From Treponema sp. (GTDB lineage Bacteria > Spirochaetota > Spirochaetia > Treponematales > Treponemataceae), in assembly GCA_041855945.1 (NCBI GenBank), contig JBHAFG010000007.1, positions 9,670 through 73,669 of the forward strand: 64,000 bases of DNA, given 5' to 3'. This document shows positions 36,835 through 46,964 of the stretch, one piece after another; position 1 is the stretch's first letter; every line of letters begins with the position of its first letter. The notes under the pieces are model-generated. The model was not told where the DNA came from. It saw only the letters and a program-made list of their open reading frames with translations, and did not search any database. Made by a program: the position numbers and the translations under genes.

Positions 36835-38088
36835 CTACAAGATGTAGAACGTGTTCCTGTCGCGTTTTGCAAGGTAGAGCGCGTCGTCGATTCGTTTTAT
36901 GGCGTCCTTGACGTCGTTGTCGCTTTCGGAAAAATTGCTTGCTCCGATGGAAACTGAAAAGTTGAATTCCGTTCCGTTTTCCGTCCTGATTTTTATGTCG
37001 TTTACCTTTCTTGTCAAATCGTCAAGCACGGAATCAATCTGACCGTTCAAATCCCTGTATGTAAGGATGAATTCGTCTCCGCCCCAGCGTATCACGTGGT
37101 CGCCCTGTTCCTGGTTTTCCTTGATTTTTGACACAAGGCTTTTTATTACGTCGTCGCCCACATTGTGTCCGTACCTGTCGTTTATGTCTTTAAAGTTGTC
37201 TATGTCAAGCATTGCGATTGAATGGTTGTTGCCGTTTTTCTTGAAGTCTTTAAGATAGTCGTGAAGAAGGTTCGTTCCAAAAGACCTGCTTCCCGCTCCT
37301 GTAAGGCTGTCCTTTGACACGGCGTGCTTGAGTTTTTCCGTTTCTTTCTGCAGTTTCTTTGAATTCATTACAGTCTTGAAAATTGTATAAATCATCAGGG
37401 CGGCCGCCAATACAAAAATCACTGAATAGAATATTGTAAAAGCCGTCCTGTCGGCGCTTGTAAGACCGCCCGCCGGATTGAAGAAGGAACTGTAATACGT
37501 TCCGGTGCATACAATCCAGTTGTAATCCCTGTACAGTTTTGCGTATGTGATTTTTTTTGAAACCTCGTCCCTTTTGTATTCCTTGAAGTAATATTCGTAT
37601 GAAACTTCGCCGTTTTTGTTTATGCCCTCAAGTTCCACAAGGTATGGTCTGTTTCCGTGCGCGTCTTCTGTTTTTGTTGAAAGCCAGGTTCCTTCGGTTT
37701 CGGGAAGGTTTCCGTGCACCAGTCGGAACGCGTAATTTTCGCCTCCCCTGTAGTCGACCACCTCGTTTATCCAGATGTACGCGCCCGTGCTGCAGTTCAT
37801 GTTGTGTACGGTCTTTCGTACAAATTCGGCGACGACTTTTTTAACGTCGTCTTCGGTGTATGGGTTTCCTGCCTGGTCAAGATAGAATTTTACGTTTTCC
37901 CGGACTATTCCGATTGTATTGATGTAATTTTCAACGGTAATCTTCATTTCCTGCTGCTGATACGCTATCAGGTTCTTCTTCAGGCGGAATTCCGTGAATT
38001 TCTGCTGTGAAATCAGCAGCGTGACCAAAAGCACCAGAAAAACAGTTGAAAAAATAATTGGACTTAACTTTTTTGTAAGTCTTTTCAT
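36835..38088 (-). CDS. diguanylate cyclase (GGDEF) with N-terminal TM-flanked Cache-like sensor domain
   Basis: RWGGDEF active-site motif and IAMLDIDNFKDINDRYGH. Two TM helices flank a ~190-aa periplasmic domain. Confidence 0.85.
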   Translation of the reverse strand: MKRLTKKLSPIIFSTVFLVLLVTLLISQQKFTEFRLKKNLIAYQQQEMKITVENYINTIGIVRENVKFYLDQAGNPYTEDDVKKVVAEFVRKTVHNMNCSTGAYIWINEVVDYRGGENYAFRLVHGNLPETEGTWLSTKTEDAHGNRPYLVELEGINKNGEVSYEYYFKEYKRDEVSKKITYAKLYRDYNWIVCTGTYYSSFFNPAGGLTSADRTAFTIFYSVIFVLAAALMIYTIFKTVMNSKKLQKETEKLKHAVSKDSLTGAGSRSFGTNLLHDYLKDFKKNGNNHSIAMLDIDNFKDINDRYGHNVGDDVIKSLVSKIKENQEQGDHVIRWGGDEFILTYRDLNGQIDSVLDDLTRKVNDIKIRTENGTEFNFSVSIGASNFSESDNDVKDAIKRIDDALYLAKRDRNTFYIL

Positions 38089-38336
38089 TCAATCAGTCTC
38101 CTTAAAATTACAGGATGAACGCTTGTCGGACAAATACAACAGAATATTACATTTTAAATAAAAATAATTCTACACTCAGGAATTTGAACTCTTACGTAAA
38201 AGCCGTGTATGACCGTCCGAAAATTCTGTAAATTCTAATTTTTCTTTCTGTTCATGCTGTTTTGCATTTGCCTTGTTCTGTTTTTTTGAATCTGTGTTAC
38301 AATTGAATTTCAACAAAAAAAATGGAGCCGTGTATG

Positions 38337-40157
38337 AGCAGATTTGAAATCAGGGAGAGGTTTTATCTTGACGGAAAGCCCATGCAGATTATTTCTGGGG
38401 CGATTCACTATTTCAGGGTTGTGCCTGAATATTGGCGTGACAGGCTGGAAAAAGCCAAGGCCATGGGTTTAAATACCGTCGAGACTTACATTCCGTGGAA
38501 TTTCCACGAGCCTGAAAAAAATGAATTTTTATGGAGCGGACGGCGTGATTTTGCGCGTTTTTTTGAGATTGCAAAAAGCCTTGGACTTTACGTCATTGCA
38601 AGACCCGCTCCCTTTATTTGCGCGGAATGGGAATGGGGCGGACTTCCTGCATGGCTCCTGGCAGAAAAGGATATGCACGTCCGCTGCATGCACCAGCCGT
38701 TTTTAAATCATGTAAAGGACTATTACACGCAGTTGATTCCGCGTATAGCCGAGCATCAGATTGACAGGGGCGGAAATGTTATTCTTGTTCAGATTGAAAA
38801 CGAATACGGATATTTTGGAAACGACACGGAATATCTTGTATGGCTTAAAAATCTTATGGGCGACCTGGGAATCACGGTGCCTTATGTAACGTCTGACGGG
38901 CCTTGGGGCGCGGCGTTTAAAACAGGACAGGTTGAAGGCGCCCTTCCAACTGGAAATTTCGGCTCGCACTGTGAAAGGCAGTTTGCAAGGATGAAGGGCC
39001 AGATGCCTTCTGAAGGTCCTCTTATGAACATGGAATTCTGGGCGGGCTGGTTTGACGCTTGGGGAAACAAGATTAAAATGCGTTCGATTCTTTCGCGGAA
39101 CGTAAAGGACTACGACTACGTTGTAAAGAACGGACACAACATAAACGTATACATGTATCACGGCGGAACGAATTTTGGATTTATGAACGGTTCCAATTAT
39201 TACGGAAGGCTTACGCCAGACACAACAAGTTACGACTACGATGCTCCAATAGCCGAGGACGGAACGCTTACAAAAAAATACTGGGCGTTCAAGAAGGTCA
39301 TTGAAGAAAATCTGGGCGAAGTTCCAAAACTTGGATTTTCAACTGAAATCAGAAAAAAAGCGTATGGAAAAATTTCATGGAACGCCAAGGCGGACCTTTT
39401 TGAAAATCTTGATGTAATTTCGTCTTCCAAAAAATTCAGAATCGCTCCTTCAATGGAAGAATCAGGTCAGTCATACGGCTACATTCTGTACAGGACGCAT
39501 TTGAAGGAAGATGAAAAGGCGGGCGAACTCATATTTAAAAAATGCGCGGACAGGCTTCACGCCTTTGCGGACGGAAAAAAACTTTTCTGCGCGTTCGACA
39601 GGGAAATAAGCAGGGACTCCTCTGGCGTGTGGCCGTTCAATTTCAGGGAAGGCAAGGTTTGGAAGGTTGAAACACAAAAAGGAGCGAAACTTGATTTTCT
39701 GGTTGAAAACATGGGACGCGTAAACTTTGGGCATAAACTTGAGGAACAGAAAAAAGGTTTTGCGGCGGAAGTTTTGGTGAACGGACACACGCATTACGGA
39801 TGGGAGGTTTACAATCTTTGTTTGGACGAAAAGCAGATTTCCGTTCTGCTTGAAAAAGGTCTGTGGAAGGACTCAAAGGAATGTGCGGACAAAAACGCGC
39901 AGAAGAATCCTGCGTTCTACAGGTTTGAATTTGACGTTCAGGAAATTGGCGACACCTTCCTTGACTTCAAGGGCTGGGGAAAGGGCTGTGTTTTTGTGAA
40001 CGGCTTCAACGTTGGCCGTTACTGGAAAATCGGACCTCAGAAACGTCTTTACATTCCAGGACCGCTCCTTTGCAGGGGCAAAAACGAAATAGTTGTTTTT
40101 GAAACGGAAGGAATTGGAAATCCAACGGTTGAACTTGCCGACAGGATGAAGTGGTAG
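38337..40157 (+). CDS. beta-galactosidase, glycoside hydrolase family 35
   Basis: GAIHYFRV, NTVETYIPWNFHEP and VQIENEYG are GH35 signatures. Confidence 0.85.
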   Translation, partial: SRFEIRERFYLDGKPMQIISGAIHYFRVVPEYWRDRLEKAKAMGLNTVETYIPWNFHEPEKNEFLWSGRRDFARFFEIAKSLGLYVIARPAPFICAEWEWGGLPAWLLAEKDMHVRCMHQPFLNHVKDYYTQLIPRIAEHQIDRGGNVILVQIENEYGYFGNDTEYLVWLKNLMGDLGITVPYVTSDGPWGAAFKTGQVEGALPTGNFGSHCERQFARMKGQMPSEGPLMNMEFWAGWFDAWGNKIKMRSILSRNVKDYDYVVKNGHNINVYMYHGGTNFGFMNGSNYYGRLTPDTTSYDYDAPIAEDGTLTKKYWAFKKVIEENLGEVPKLGFSTEIRKKAYGKISWNAKADLFENLDVISSSKKFRIAPSMEESGQSYGYILYRTHLKEDEKAGELIFKKCADRLHAFADGKKLFCAFDREISRDSSGVWPFNFREGKVWKVETQKGAKLDFLVENMGRVNFGHKLEEQKKGFAAEVLVNGHTHYGWEVYNLCLDEKQISVLLEKGLWKDSKECADKNAQKNPAFYRFEFDVQEIGDTFLDFKGWGKGCVFVNGFNVGRYWKIGPQKRLYIPGPLLCRGKNEIVVFETEGIGNPTVELADRMKW

Positions 40158-40398
40158 TTTCCTTAAACAAGAACTTACAGAAATTCAGGATAAAATGAAC
40201 AGACCGGCCGCATTGTAATCCTGCGCGTAAAAATGGTTTTACAATGCGGTTTTCCTGACGGAACAAAACTTTGTCTTGAATTTCGTCTTTTTTATGAAGT
40301 ATAATTTTTCATCAATAATATTCTATATATATTATATGTTTTGAATATTTGCGATGCGATATAAACATTACCTGTACACTAAGAGGAGAACTTAAAAA

Positions 40399-41823
40399 AT
40401 GGCAAAAACAGCAAACGACATCATGCAGATGATAAACGACAATGACATTAAAATGGTCGATTTTAAAATGGTGGACATAAACGGACAGTTTCGTCATGTT
40501 ACAATTCCAGCGCAGCATTTTAACGAAGAGCTGCTCAAAGAGGGCATTGGTTTTGACGCTTCCAATTACGGCTATGCTGTAGTGGAAAAATCTGACATGG
40601 TTTTTATTCCAGACCCAGATACTGCTTTAATAGACCCTTTCTGCGAAATTCCAACTCTTTCCATGACTGGAAACGCAATGATTATAGACTACCCGAACAA
40701 CAGACCGCTTTCGCAATATCCTAGAAACATCGTTCTTGCGGCTGAAGAATATATGAAAAAAACAGGCATCGCCGATGAAATGCTCATTCTGCCTGAGTTT
40801 GAATTCTATCTTTTTGATGAAGTTGCATGGAACGTAAGCCACAATCATATCGGCTTGGAAATTGACGCAAGTCAGGCGCCTTGGAACACGTACAACGAGG
40901 GTGCAGGCAACGTTATTGGAACACAAAAGGCGTATCACGTTGCAAAACCGCAGGACACAAGTTTTGAATGTAGAAGCGAAATGTGTATGGAAATCGAAAA
41001 GGCTGGAATTCCTGTAAAATATCATCACCCGGAAGTTGGAGCCGCAGGTCAGTTTGAAATTGAACCTAAACTTGGCAAAATGAGCAAAATGGCTGACGGA
41101 ACCATGATGATTAAATACATCATCAAAAACGTTGCGGCAAAATACGGAAAAACCGCCACATTCATGCCAAAACCTGTTTACAACGAAGCCGGAAGCGGAA
41201 TGCACGTTCATATGCTGCTTTTAAAAGACGGACAGCCTGTGTTCAGCGACGACAACGGATATTCTCATTTGAGCGAAACGGCGCATTATTTTATAGGCGG
41301 ACTTTTAAAGCATATAAACGCACTTTGCGCCCTTACAAATCCAAGTACAAACTCTTTCAAGCGTTTGGTTCCGGGATTTGAAGCGCCTGTTACTGTAGGA
41401 TACGCGACTTCCAACCGTTCGGCTGTAATCCGTATTCCAGCGTATGCAAAAACACCAAATATGCGCCGCTTTGAACTTCGTAATCCTGATGCGACATGCA
41501 ACCCATACTTTGCGTATGCCGCAATTTTGATGGCAGGTCTGGACGGCGTTAAAAACAAGATTGACCCTCGCAAAAACGGCTGGGGTCCATACGATGTGAA
41601 TCTGTACACTTTGAGCGACAAAGAGAAGAAAAAGTTGAAGTCGCTTCCTGCAAGACTGGACGATGCTCTTGACGCTTTGGAAAAAGACAATTCATTCTTG
41701 TGCGAGGGCGGAGTTTTCCCAGAGGAGTTGATTAAAAATTTCATAAAGACAAAGCGTGCGGAACTTGCAAAATTCAACGCGATTCCACACCCGGCGGAGT
41801 TTGACCAATATTACAACTGCTAG
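40399..41823 (+). CDS. glnA: glutamine synthetase, type I
   Basis: 474 aa. N-terminal beta-grasp (IKMVDFKMVDINGQFRHVTIP). Catalytic-region motifs KPVYNEAGSGMHVHMLL, NSFKRLVPGFEAP and RIPAYAKTPNMRRFELRNPD. Confidence 0.9.
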   Translation: MAKTANDIMQMINDNDIKMVDFKMVDINGQFRHVTIPAQHFNEELLKEGIGFDASNYGYAVVEKSDMVFIPDPDTALIDPFCEIPTLSMTGNAMIIDYPNNRPLSQYPRNIVLAAEEYMKKTGIADEMLILPEFEFYLFDEVAWNVSHNHIGLEIDASQAPWNTYNEGAGNVIGTQKAYHVAKPQDTSFECRSEMCMEIEKAGIPVKYHHPEVGAAGQFEIEPKLGKMSKMADGTMMIKYIIKNVAAKYGKTATFMPKPVYNEAGSGMHVHMLLLKDGQPVFSDDNGYSHLSETAHYFIGGLLKHINALCALTNPSTNSFKRLVPGFEAPVTVGYATSNRSAVIRIPAYAKTPNMRRFELRNPDATCNPYFAYAAILMAGLDGVKNKIDPRKNGWGPYDVNLYTLSDKEKKKLKSLPARLDDALDALEKDNSFLCEGGVFPEELIKNFIKTKRAELAKFNAIPHPAEFDQYYNC

Positions 41824-41854
41824 ACTGCAATACCCATTTGTAAGGAGGGCTGTT

Positions 41855-42514
41855 ATGGAAAGGAAGATGAAAATTCTGTTCGCTTGCCTTGTGTGTTTTT
41901 TGCTTTCTCAGGCGATTTTTTCTGAGGAGGCGGAAAATCAAAATCTTGCATCTCCGGTCAATACGGAAAGTGCCGAAAGTGATGAACGTAAATCGTCCAT
42001 GGGAGTCGATTTTGCGTTTGACATTTCTCCAAGCCTGGCGTTAAGACCGTATATCGCTCAGGAAGTGGCGTATAAGTTCGTCCACAAAAACGGAGTGGGG
42101 TTTCATGCGGGCTTCAGGGTGATGGAAAACCTGGCCAGGACATTGCGCGAACCGTACCTTTACATCTACCAGATTTCGGAACTGAACGTAAAGGCGTGGT
42201 ATTTACAGACTGGAGCCGGAGTTGCAGTTCTTGACCAGAATGCCTACAAAACCGAAAGTTCCAATGCCATTGAGGTGCCTTTTGTCTTTACGTTTTCCAC
42301 GGGAGCAAAGTTCGGCAACTGGAAGTGGGGCAGGGGAATTGCAAACCTTAAAATCGGGCTTGATTTTTCACCTACCATAAACATTCCAGATTCAACCGCT
42401 TCTTCCGCGGCGCAGGCTCTGGGCTCTGTTGTGGCGGCTTCCCTTCTTGTAATCTTTGACACGCCAAAACTGAATGTCGGGCTTTCGTATTATCTTCCAG
42501 CCCTGACGTGGTGA
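41855..42514 (+). CDS. small putative outer-membrane beta-barrel protein
   Basis: Start at MERKMKILFACLVCFLLSQAIFS after AAGGAGG. Alternating amphipathic pattern. C-terminal ...LPALTW. Confidence 0.45.
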   Translation: MERKMKILFACLVCFLLSQAIFSEEAENQNLASPVNTESAESDERKSSMGVDFAFDISPSLALRPYIAQEVAYKFVHKNGVGFHAGFRVMENLARTLREPYLYIYQISELNVKAWYLQTGAGVAVLDQNAYKTESSNAIEVPFVFTFSTGAKFGNWKWGRGIANLKIGLDFSPTINIPDSTASSAAQALGSVVAASLLVIFDTPKLNVGLSYYLPALTW

Positions 42515-42633
42515 TGCTTTTACACGTTCTGCGCTGTAAAACCTGCGGAAGATTTTTGCCGCGCGCGTAGGACGGGCGCGGATTTTTGTAGGACAGGTGC
42601 GGGCTCGTCTGATTTTTAGCGGAAACTTGAAAA

Positions 42634-43719
42634 GTGCTGTATAATCTAGTCGAGAGAAGCGAGGATTATATCAAGACTGTTCAACCGATTATACTTTCAG
42701 GCGGGTCCGGCACCCGGCTCTGGCCGCTTTCAACTACGGAAACGCCCAAACAGTTTTTGAAGCTCACAGGCACAAGGACCATGATTCAGCAGACGTATCT
42801 AAGGCTGAACGGACTTGATGTATGCGCTCCGATAATTTCGTGCAATGTCGACCACAGATTTCTTGTTGCGCAGCAGATTGGAGAGATATGTGGCGAACGT
42901 CCCACGATAATTCTTGAACCCGAATGTAAAAACACCGCGCCCGCGCTTGCAGCCGCTTGTCTTTCTGCAATGGAAAAGGACCGGGACGCGATTGTTCTTG
43001 TGCTTCCAAGCGACCACATGATAAAACAGGAGGACGCGTTTCATTCCGCTGTAAAGAAGGCGGTCGTCCTTGCTGAAAACGACAAACTTGTGCTTTTTGG
43101 AATCGAGCCAGTGTTTCCTGCAACAGGTTACGGCTATTTGAAGTGTGAGCCTGTCGCGGACGTGTTCACTCTTTCTGATTTTGTGGAAAAACCAAACCAG
43201 GAAACTGCCGCGGCGTTTATAGGAGAGGGAAATTATCTTTGGAACTGCGCGATATACGTGTTCAAGGCCAAGGTGTTTCTTGAGGAACTCAAGCGGTTTG
43301 ACTGCCAGATTTACGAACATTCCTGCAGGTCATACAGAATGGCAAAACGCGACGAAGATTTCATACGTCTTGACGCGGAATCGTTTTCAAAGATTCAGGG
43401 AAATTCAATAGAATTTTCTGTAATGGAAAAAACCGGGCGAGGACTTGTTGTAAAACTGAACGCGGGCTGGTATGACCTTGGTTCGTGGTCGTCGCTTTAC
43501 GATATTGAACGAAAAGACGCGGACTCAAACGTGATAAAAGGCGACGTTGTTACGCTTGACACAAGGGATTCTTACATCCGTGCCGACGGGAAGACAATCG
43601 CCGTCGTTGGACTTGAAAATGTCGTTGTGGTGGATTTTGACGACGCGATTCTTGTTTCGTCAAAACAAAAGGTCCAGGATGTAAAGAAGGTGGCGGAACA
43701 GATTAAAAAACGCAAGTGA
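42634..43719 (+). CDS. manC: mannose-1-phosphate guanylyltransferase (nucleotidyltransferase-only form, GTG start)
   Basis: ILSGGSGTRLWPLS signature followed by KQFL. 361 aa, without the C-terminal cupin/PMI domain. Confidence 0.8.
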   Translation: MLYNLVERSEDYIKTVQPIILSGGSGTRLWPLSTTETPKQFLKLTGTRTMIQQTYLRLNGLDVCAPIISCNVDHRFLVAQQIGEICGERPTIILEPECKNTAPALAAACLSAMEKDRDAIVLVLPSDHMIKQEDAFHSAVKKAVVLAENDKLVLFGIEPVFPATGYGYLKCEPVADVFTLSDFVEKPNQETAAAFIGEGNYLWNCAIYVFKAKVFLEELKRFDCQIYEHSCRSYRMAKRDEDFIRLDAESFSKIQGNSIEFSVMEKTGRGLVVKLNAGWYDLGSWSSLYDIERKDADSNVIKGDVVTLDTRDSYIRADGKTIAVVGLENVVVVDFDDAILVSSKQKVQDVKKVAEQIKKRK

Positions 43720-43827
43720 GATTGGCTTTACACGGAGAACAGATGTTTCACTTGCGCTCAACATGACGCGCTGCAGCGACCTTTCGCACTGCGTGTTTGT
43801 GCAATGTGTTTGCGCAATGTGAAAAAT

Positions 43828-44602
43828 CTATTTTCCGTATCTGTATTTTTTTCTGAACGCGATCAGACAGGCGATGGTTAAAATCATGCACGCCACCTCC
43901 GCGGCGGGAGATGCAAGCCATATTCCGTTCGCTCCAAGCATTACAGGAAGCACAAGAATGAACGGCACCTGAAAACCAAGCGTACGCAGAACCGAAAGAA
44001 CCGCGCTTACAATACCGTTGTTCAACGCCGTAAAAAACGACGAGCCGTAAATGTTTACACCGCACACCAGAAAACTGAACGAATAAATTCTGAACGCAAG
44101 TTTTGTAAGTTTAAAAAGATTTTCGTCGTAGCTTGTAAAGGCCGCCACCATTGCAATCGAGGTTGCGGAAATTACTGCAAGACTTTTTTTGAATATGTTT
44201 TTAAGTTCCGCGTGGTTTTCCGCGCCAAAGTTGTAGCTTACGATTGGCGCCGTTCCCATTGAATATCCTATGAATATTGCAGCGAACACAAAGCCCACGT
44301 ACATTATTACGCCGTACGCCGTAACTCCGTCAACGCCGGCGCAAGTGTCCTGGCGTAAAGAACGGCGATTTTGCAAGGACTGGAACGGCGAACCAGCCTG
44401 CAAGACTCAGCAGGACGCCCGTTCCAATCGTAAAGTAAGTCAGAAACGAGAAAACTTCATTCGCTTCTTTTCCTGCGAAGTTTGACGTAAAGATTCCGTC
44501 AACTATTGAATATATTGTCGTGAAAATCATCATCAAAATCGGTGAGATTGTAAACTTTAACAGTTTTCCAAGCGTAAAATGGTCTGAAAGTTGAATTTTC
44601 AT
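43828..44602 (-). pseudogene. MATE-family efflux transporter remnant (frameshift plus internal deletions)
   Basis: Two overlapping ORFs, 44330-44602 (N-terminus LLKFTISPILMMIFTTIYSIVDGIFTSNFAGK) and 43828-44403 (C-terminus SSFFTALNNGIVSAVLSVLRTLGFQVPFILVLP...GIWLASPAAE). Together they give about 258 aa versus about 450 for intact MATE proteins. Confidence 0.7.
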
Positions 44603-44620
44603 GTGTAACTCCTGAATGAA

Positions 44621-44848
44621 CTAAACGCCTGGAAGCCCTATTAGAATTCCGCCAAAAACCTTCTTTACAATATGAACCTGAATCGGCACTGTCCGCTGAG
44701 AATCCTTGATTTTCTTTAATTCGTCGCAAGAGTAGGTCGCACCGTCCTGACACAGCACGCTGCCGCTTTTTTTGTCGTAGGCGATGTTCTGCATGAGGCT
44801 TTCGCTGTATTTGTATGCAAGCCCAGAATTTCGTTCCATTCCGAACAA
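44621..44848 (-). CDS. hypothetical small protein (75 aa)
   Basis: ORF only. No recognisable motif. Confidence 0.3.
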   Translation of the reverse strand: MFGMERNSGLAYKYSESLMQNIAYDKKSGSVLCQDGATYSCDELKKIKDSQRTVPIQVHIVKKVFGGILIGLPGV

Positions 44849-44897
44849 CTATAGCGATTTTAAAACTTTTTCGTAAGCGAATTCGTAAGCGATTTTT

Positions 44898-45149
44898 TTA
44901 TTTTTTTTCGCGTGTTTTTATTCCGTTCAGTTCCTTGTAATAGTCCAGATAGGAATTTAAAATTCCAAGCGCCGCCATAATCTGGTTTTCAGCGTTAGGG
45001 TCTTCTTCCGCCTCGTCCTCAACGTTCGGCTCAAAAATCGCGTCGCGTATTTCTATGAAGCAGTGGTTCATCCTGAGGTATTTTTCTGTTGGTGACACGT
45101 GTCCTCCTGTATGCAGTCTTGCTGCGCCCTGTAATTTTACGCGATGCAC
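44898..45149 (-). CDS. hypothetical small acidic protein (start uncertain; alternative Met at 45071)
   Basis: ORF only. Confidence 0.3.
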   Translation of the reverse strand: MHRVKLQGAARLHTGGHVSPTEKYLRMNHCFIEIRDAIFEPNVEDEAEEDPNAENQIMAALGILNSYLDYYKELNGIKTREKK

Positions 45150-45229
45150 GTGTTTTTGTAAAATGCGCCCACACGTAATTGTGGAACAGAATCGCGATAG
45201 GTTGTATAGTGGACGTGGATTTTTTGACG

Positions 45230-45499
45230 ATGACGATTACATACGAAGATTTGGAAAATTTGAAGGACTGTCTTACGGAACGGCTGCGCGCTTTTACAGG
45301 TACGGCAGGCGAGAAAAAAACGTACGACGAAACTTACAGAAAGATTTACGCCCTGTACAGGGAAATGAAATTCAATTTTGACGACTCCAAGATTCCGCTT
45401 GCAGACAGAATGTCGTTTCCGCTTGAGATGAACTATTCCATGGAAAAACTTTTTGAAAAGGAACTTGAACAGCAGAACCTGAATCTTGACCTGTTCTAG
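45230..45499 (+). CDS. hypothetical small protein (89 aa from the ATG; the ORF track starts at TTG 45179)
   Basis: ORF only. Divergent from the 44898-45149 ORF. Followed by tandem hairpins. Confidence 0.3.
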   Translation: MTITYEDLENLKDCLTERLRAFTGTAGEKKTYDETYRKIYALYREMKFNFDDSKIPLADRMSFPLEMNYSMEKLFEKELEQQNLNLDLF

Positions 45500-45516
45500 T
45501 TTTACAGTTTTGCCCG

Positions 45517-45591
45517 ACGCGTAATACAGTTTGCGCGGCTTGTATTACATCCGCCTCTACGCGTAATACATTCACCGCGGCTTGTATTGCA
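45517..45591 (+). repeat. two tandem 33-nt units (period 42), each a hairpin GTAATACA-N12-TGTATT(A/G)C
   Basis: Units are acgcgtaatacagtttgcgcggcttgtattaca and acgcgtaatacattcaccgcggcttgtattgca. They begin 18 nt after the stop of the 45230-45499 ORF. Confidence 0.6.
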
Positions 45592-45750
45592 CTTCCGCGG
45601 AACAAAATATTTCCCGCACACGTGTATCGCAGTTTCATCATACAAACGCCTGCCTACGCCCCTAGTTTTGCATACATCTGTATGGTACGACACTAGCATA
45701 GCATACAGTAGTAAACTTGAATCTTTAAATTTTTGACTATAAATTACGGT

Positions 45751-46896
45751 ATGGTCAAAATAACGGTTGCAGATCCGCAGGATTTTTCATGCACGGACGT
45801 GCTTTTTCAGACATCATTTTGGGGAACCTTCAAGGAAAGAATCAACGGATTTCCTTCGCTTTATTTCTGGGTTTCTTACAGCAGCGACGAAAATCCGGAC
45901 GAACAGAAAATTTTTTCGCTTCTGGTACAGATTCGGCACACAAAGGGAAACACCGTCTACGCATACAGTCCGCGTTCTCCTGCGATAAACGTTCCGGAAA
46001 GTGAACGTAGCTGTCTGCTTGAACAGGTTGCGTTCGCATTGAAGGAGCATCTTCCAAAAAATACAGTTTTTGTCAGGTTCGACATTCCGTGGGGAGTTCC
46101 CGGAGTGGCGGATGTACAGACGCGTCCGGAAATGATGGAACTTGCGATGAATTTTGGAACGGAACACCACAATCTTAAAAAATCGGCGTCAAACCATTTT
46201 TGTCCGAACACTGTAATAATAGACCTTGTTCCGTCTCCTGAAAAAATTCTTTCGTCAATGCGGCAGCAGACAAGAAATTCAATACGCCGCGCCTACAGGG
46301 AGGAAGTTGAATTTACAATCTATGACGCAAAAAGTCCTTTGCTGCTGCACGAACTTGAGGACTGGCACAAAATATATAAGGAAACCGCAGAACGCAAGGG
46401 ATTTTATTACGAAAAATTTGAATATTTCAAGGAACTGTTTGAAAGTTCACTGAATTTTTACAGCGACCCGTTCAAAAATCCGCGATTCGAGTCAAAGTCC
46501 GGAGTTCCGATGGACGCGTGCGTTCCCTGTCCAAAATTCTATCTTTTTACGGCGGCCAAGGATTCAAAGATTCTGAGCGGACTTGTCCTGGCGATTTGCG
46601 GAAAAACCGCCTACTATATGTACGCCGCAAGTTCAGTGTACAACCGCGAGGCCATGCCAAATTACGGACTTCAATGGGAGGTCATACGTTTTGCTCGTTC
46701 AAAGGGCTGCACAAAATACGACCTTATGGGAATTCCTGCAAACAGCGACAAGGAAAACTTCATGGCGGGACTGTATATTTTCAAGACCGGTTTTGGCGGA
46801 CGCAAGGTCCATCTGGGCGGAACGTGGGATTTTCCGTATGACGGAGAGTCGTACACAAGGTTCGCTGTAAGCGAAAGCCTTCAACTGCGCGGCTAG
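45751..46896 (+). CDS. FemAB-family peptidoglycan interpeptide-bridge aminoacyltransferase (FemX-like)
   Basis: FQTSFWGTFK near the N-terminus and KTAYYMYAASSVYNREAMPNYGLQWEVIRFARSKGCTKYDLMGI match conserved FemAB/MurM blocks. Confidence 0.75.
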   Translation: MVKITVADPQDFSCTDVLFQTSFWGTFKERINGFPSLYFWVSYSSDENPDEQKIFSLLVQIRHTKGNTVYAYSPRSPAINVPESERSCLLEQVAFALKEHLPKNTVFVRFDIPWGVPGVADVQTRPEMMELAMNFGTEHHNLKKSASNHFCPNTVIIDLVPSPEKILSSMRQQTRNSIRRAYREEVEFTIYDAKSPLLLHELEDWHKIYKETAERKGFYYEKFEYFKELFESSLNFYSDPFKNPRFESKSGVPMDACVPCPKFYLFTAAKDSKILSGLVLAICGKTAYYMYAASSVYNREAMPNYGLQWEVIRFARSKGCTKYDLMGIPANSDKENFMAGLYIFKTGFGGRKVHLGGTWDFPYDGESYTRFAVSESLQLRG

Positions 46897-46964
46897 TTTT
46901 TAAATCTTCTGCCGGCAGTTTTGCGTCCGCTTGCATACAGGCGTAAAAACTGCATAATGAAGCA

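Noticed and set aside
40158-40398. Possible glutamine or nitrogen riboswitch/leader upstream of glnA
   Set aside because: The region is simply AT-rich. It has no conserved-looking stems and no motif I recognise.
40627-41211. 194-aa and 163-aa ORFs antisense to glnA
   Set aside because: glnA is unambiguous on the plus strand. These are antisense-frame artefacts.
42551-42622. GATTTTTG recurring with a 30-nt period three times upstream of manC
   Set aside because: Only the 8-mer and a loose GTAGGAC(G/A)GG segment are shared. This is too degenerate to call a repeat array, so it may be chance in a GC/T-rich spacer.
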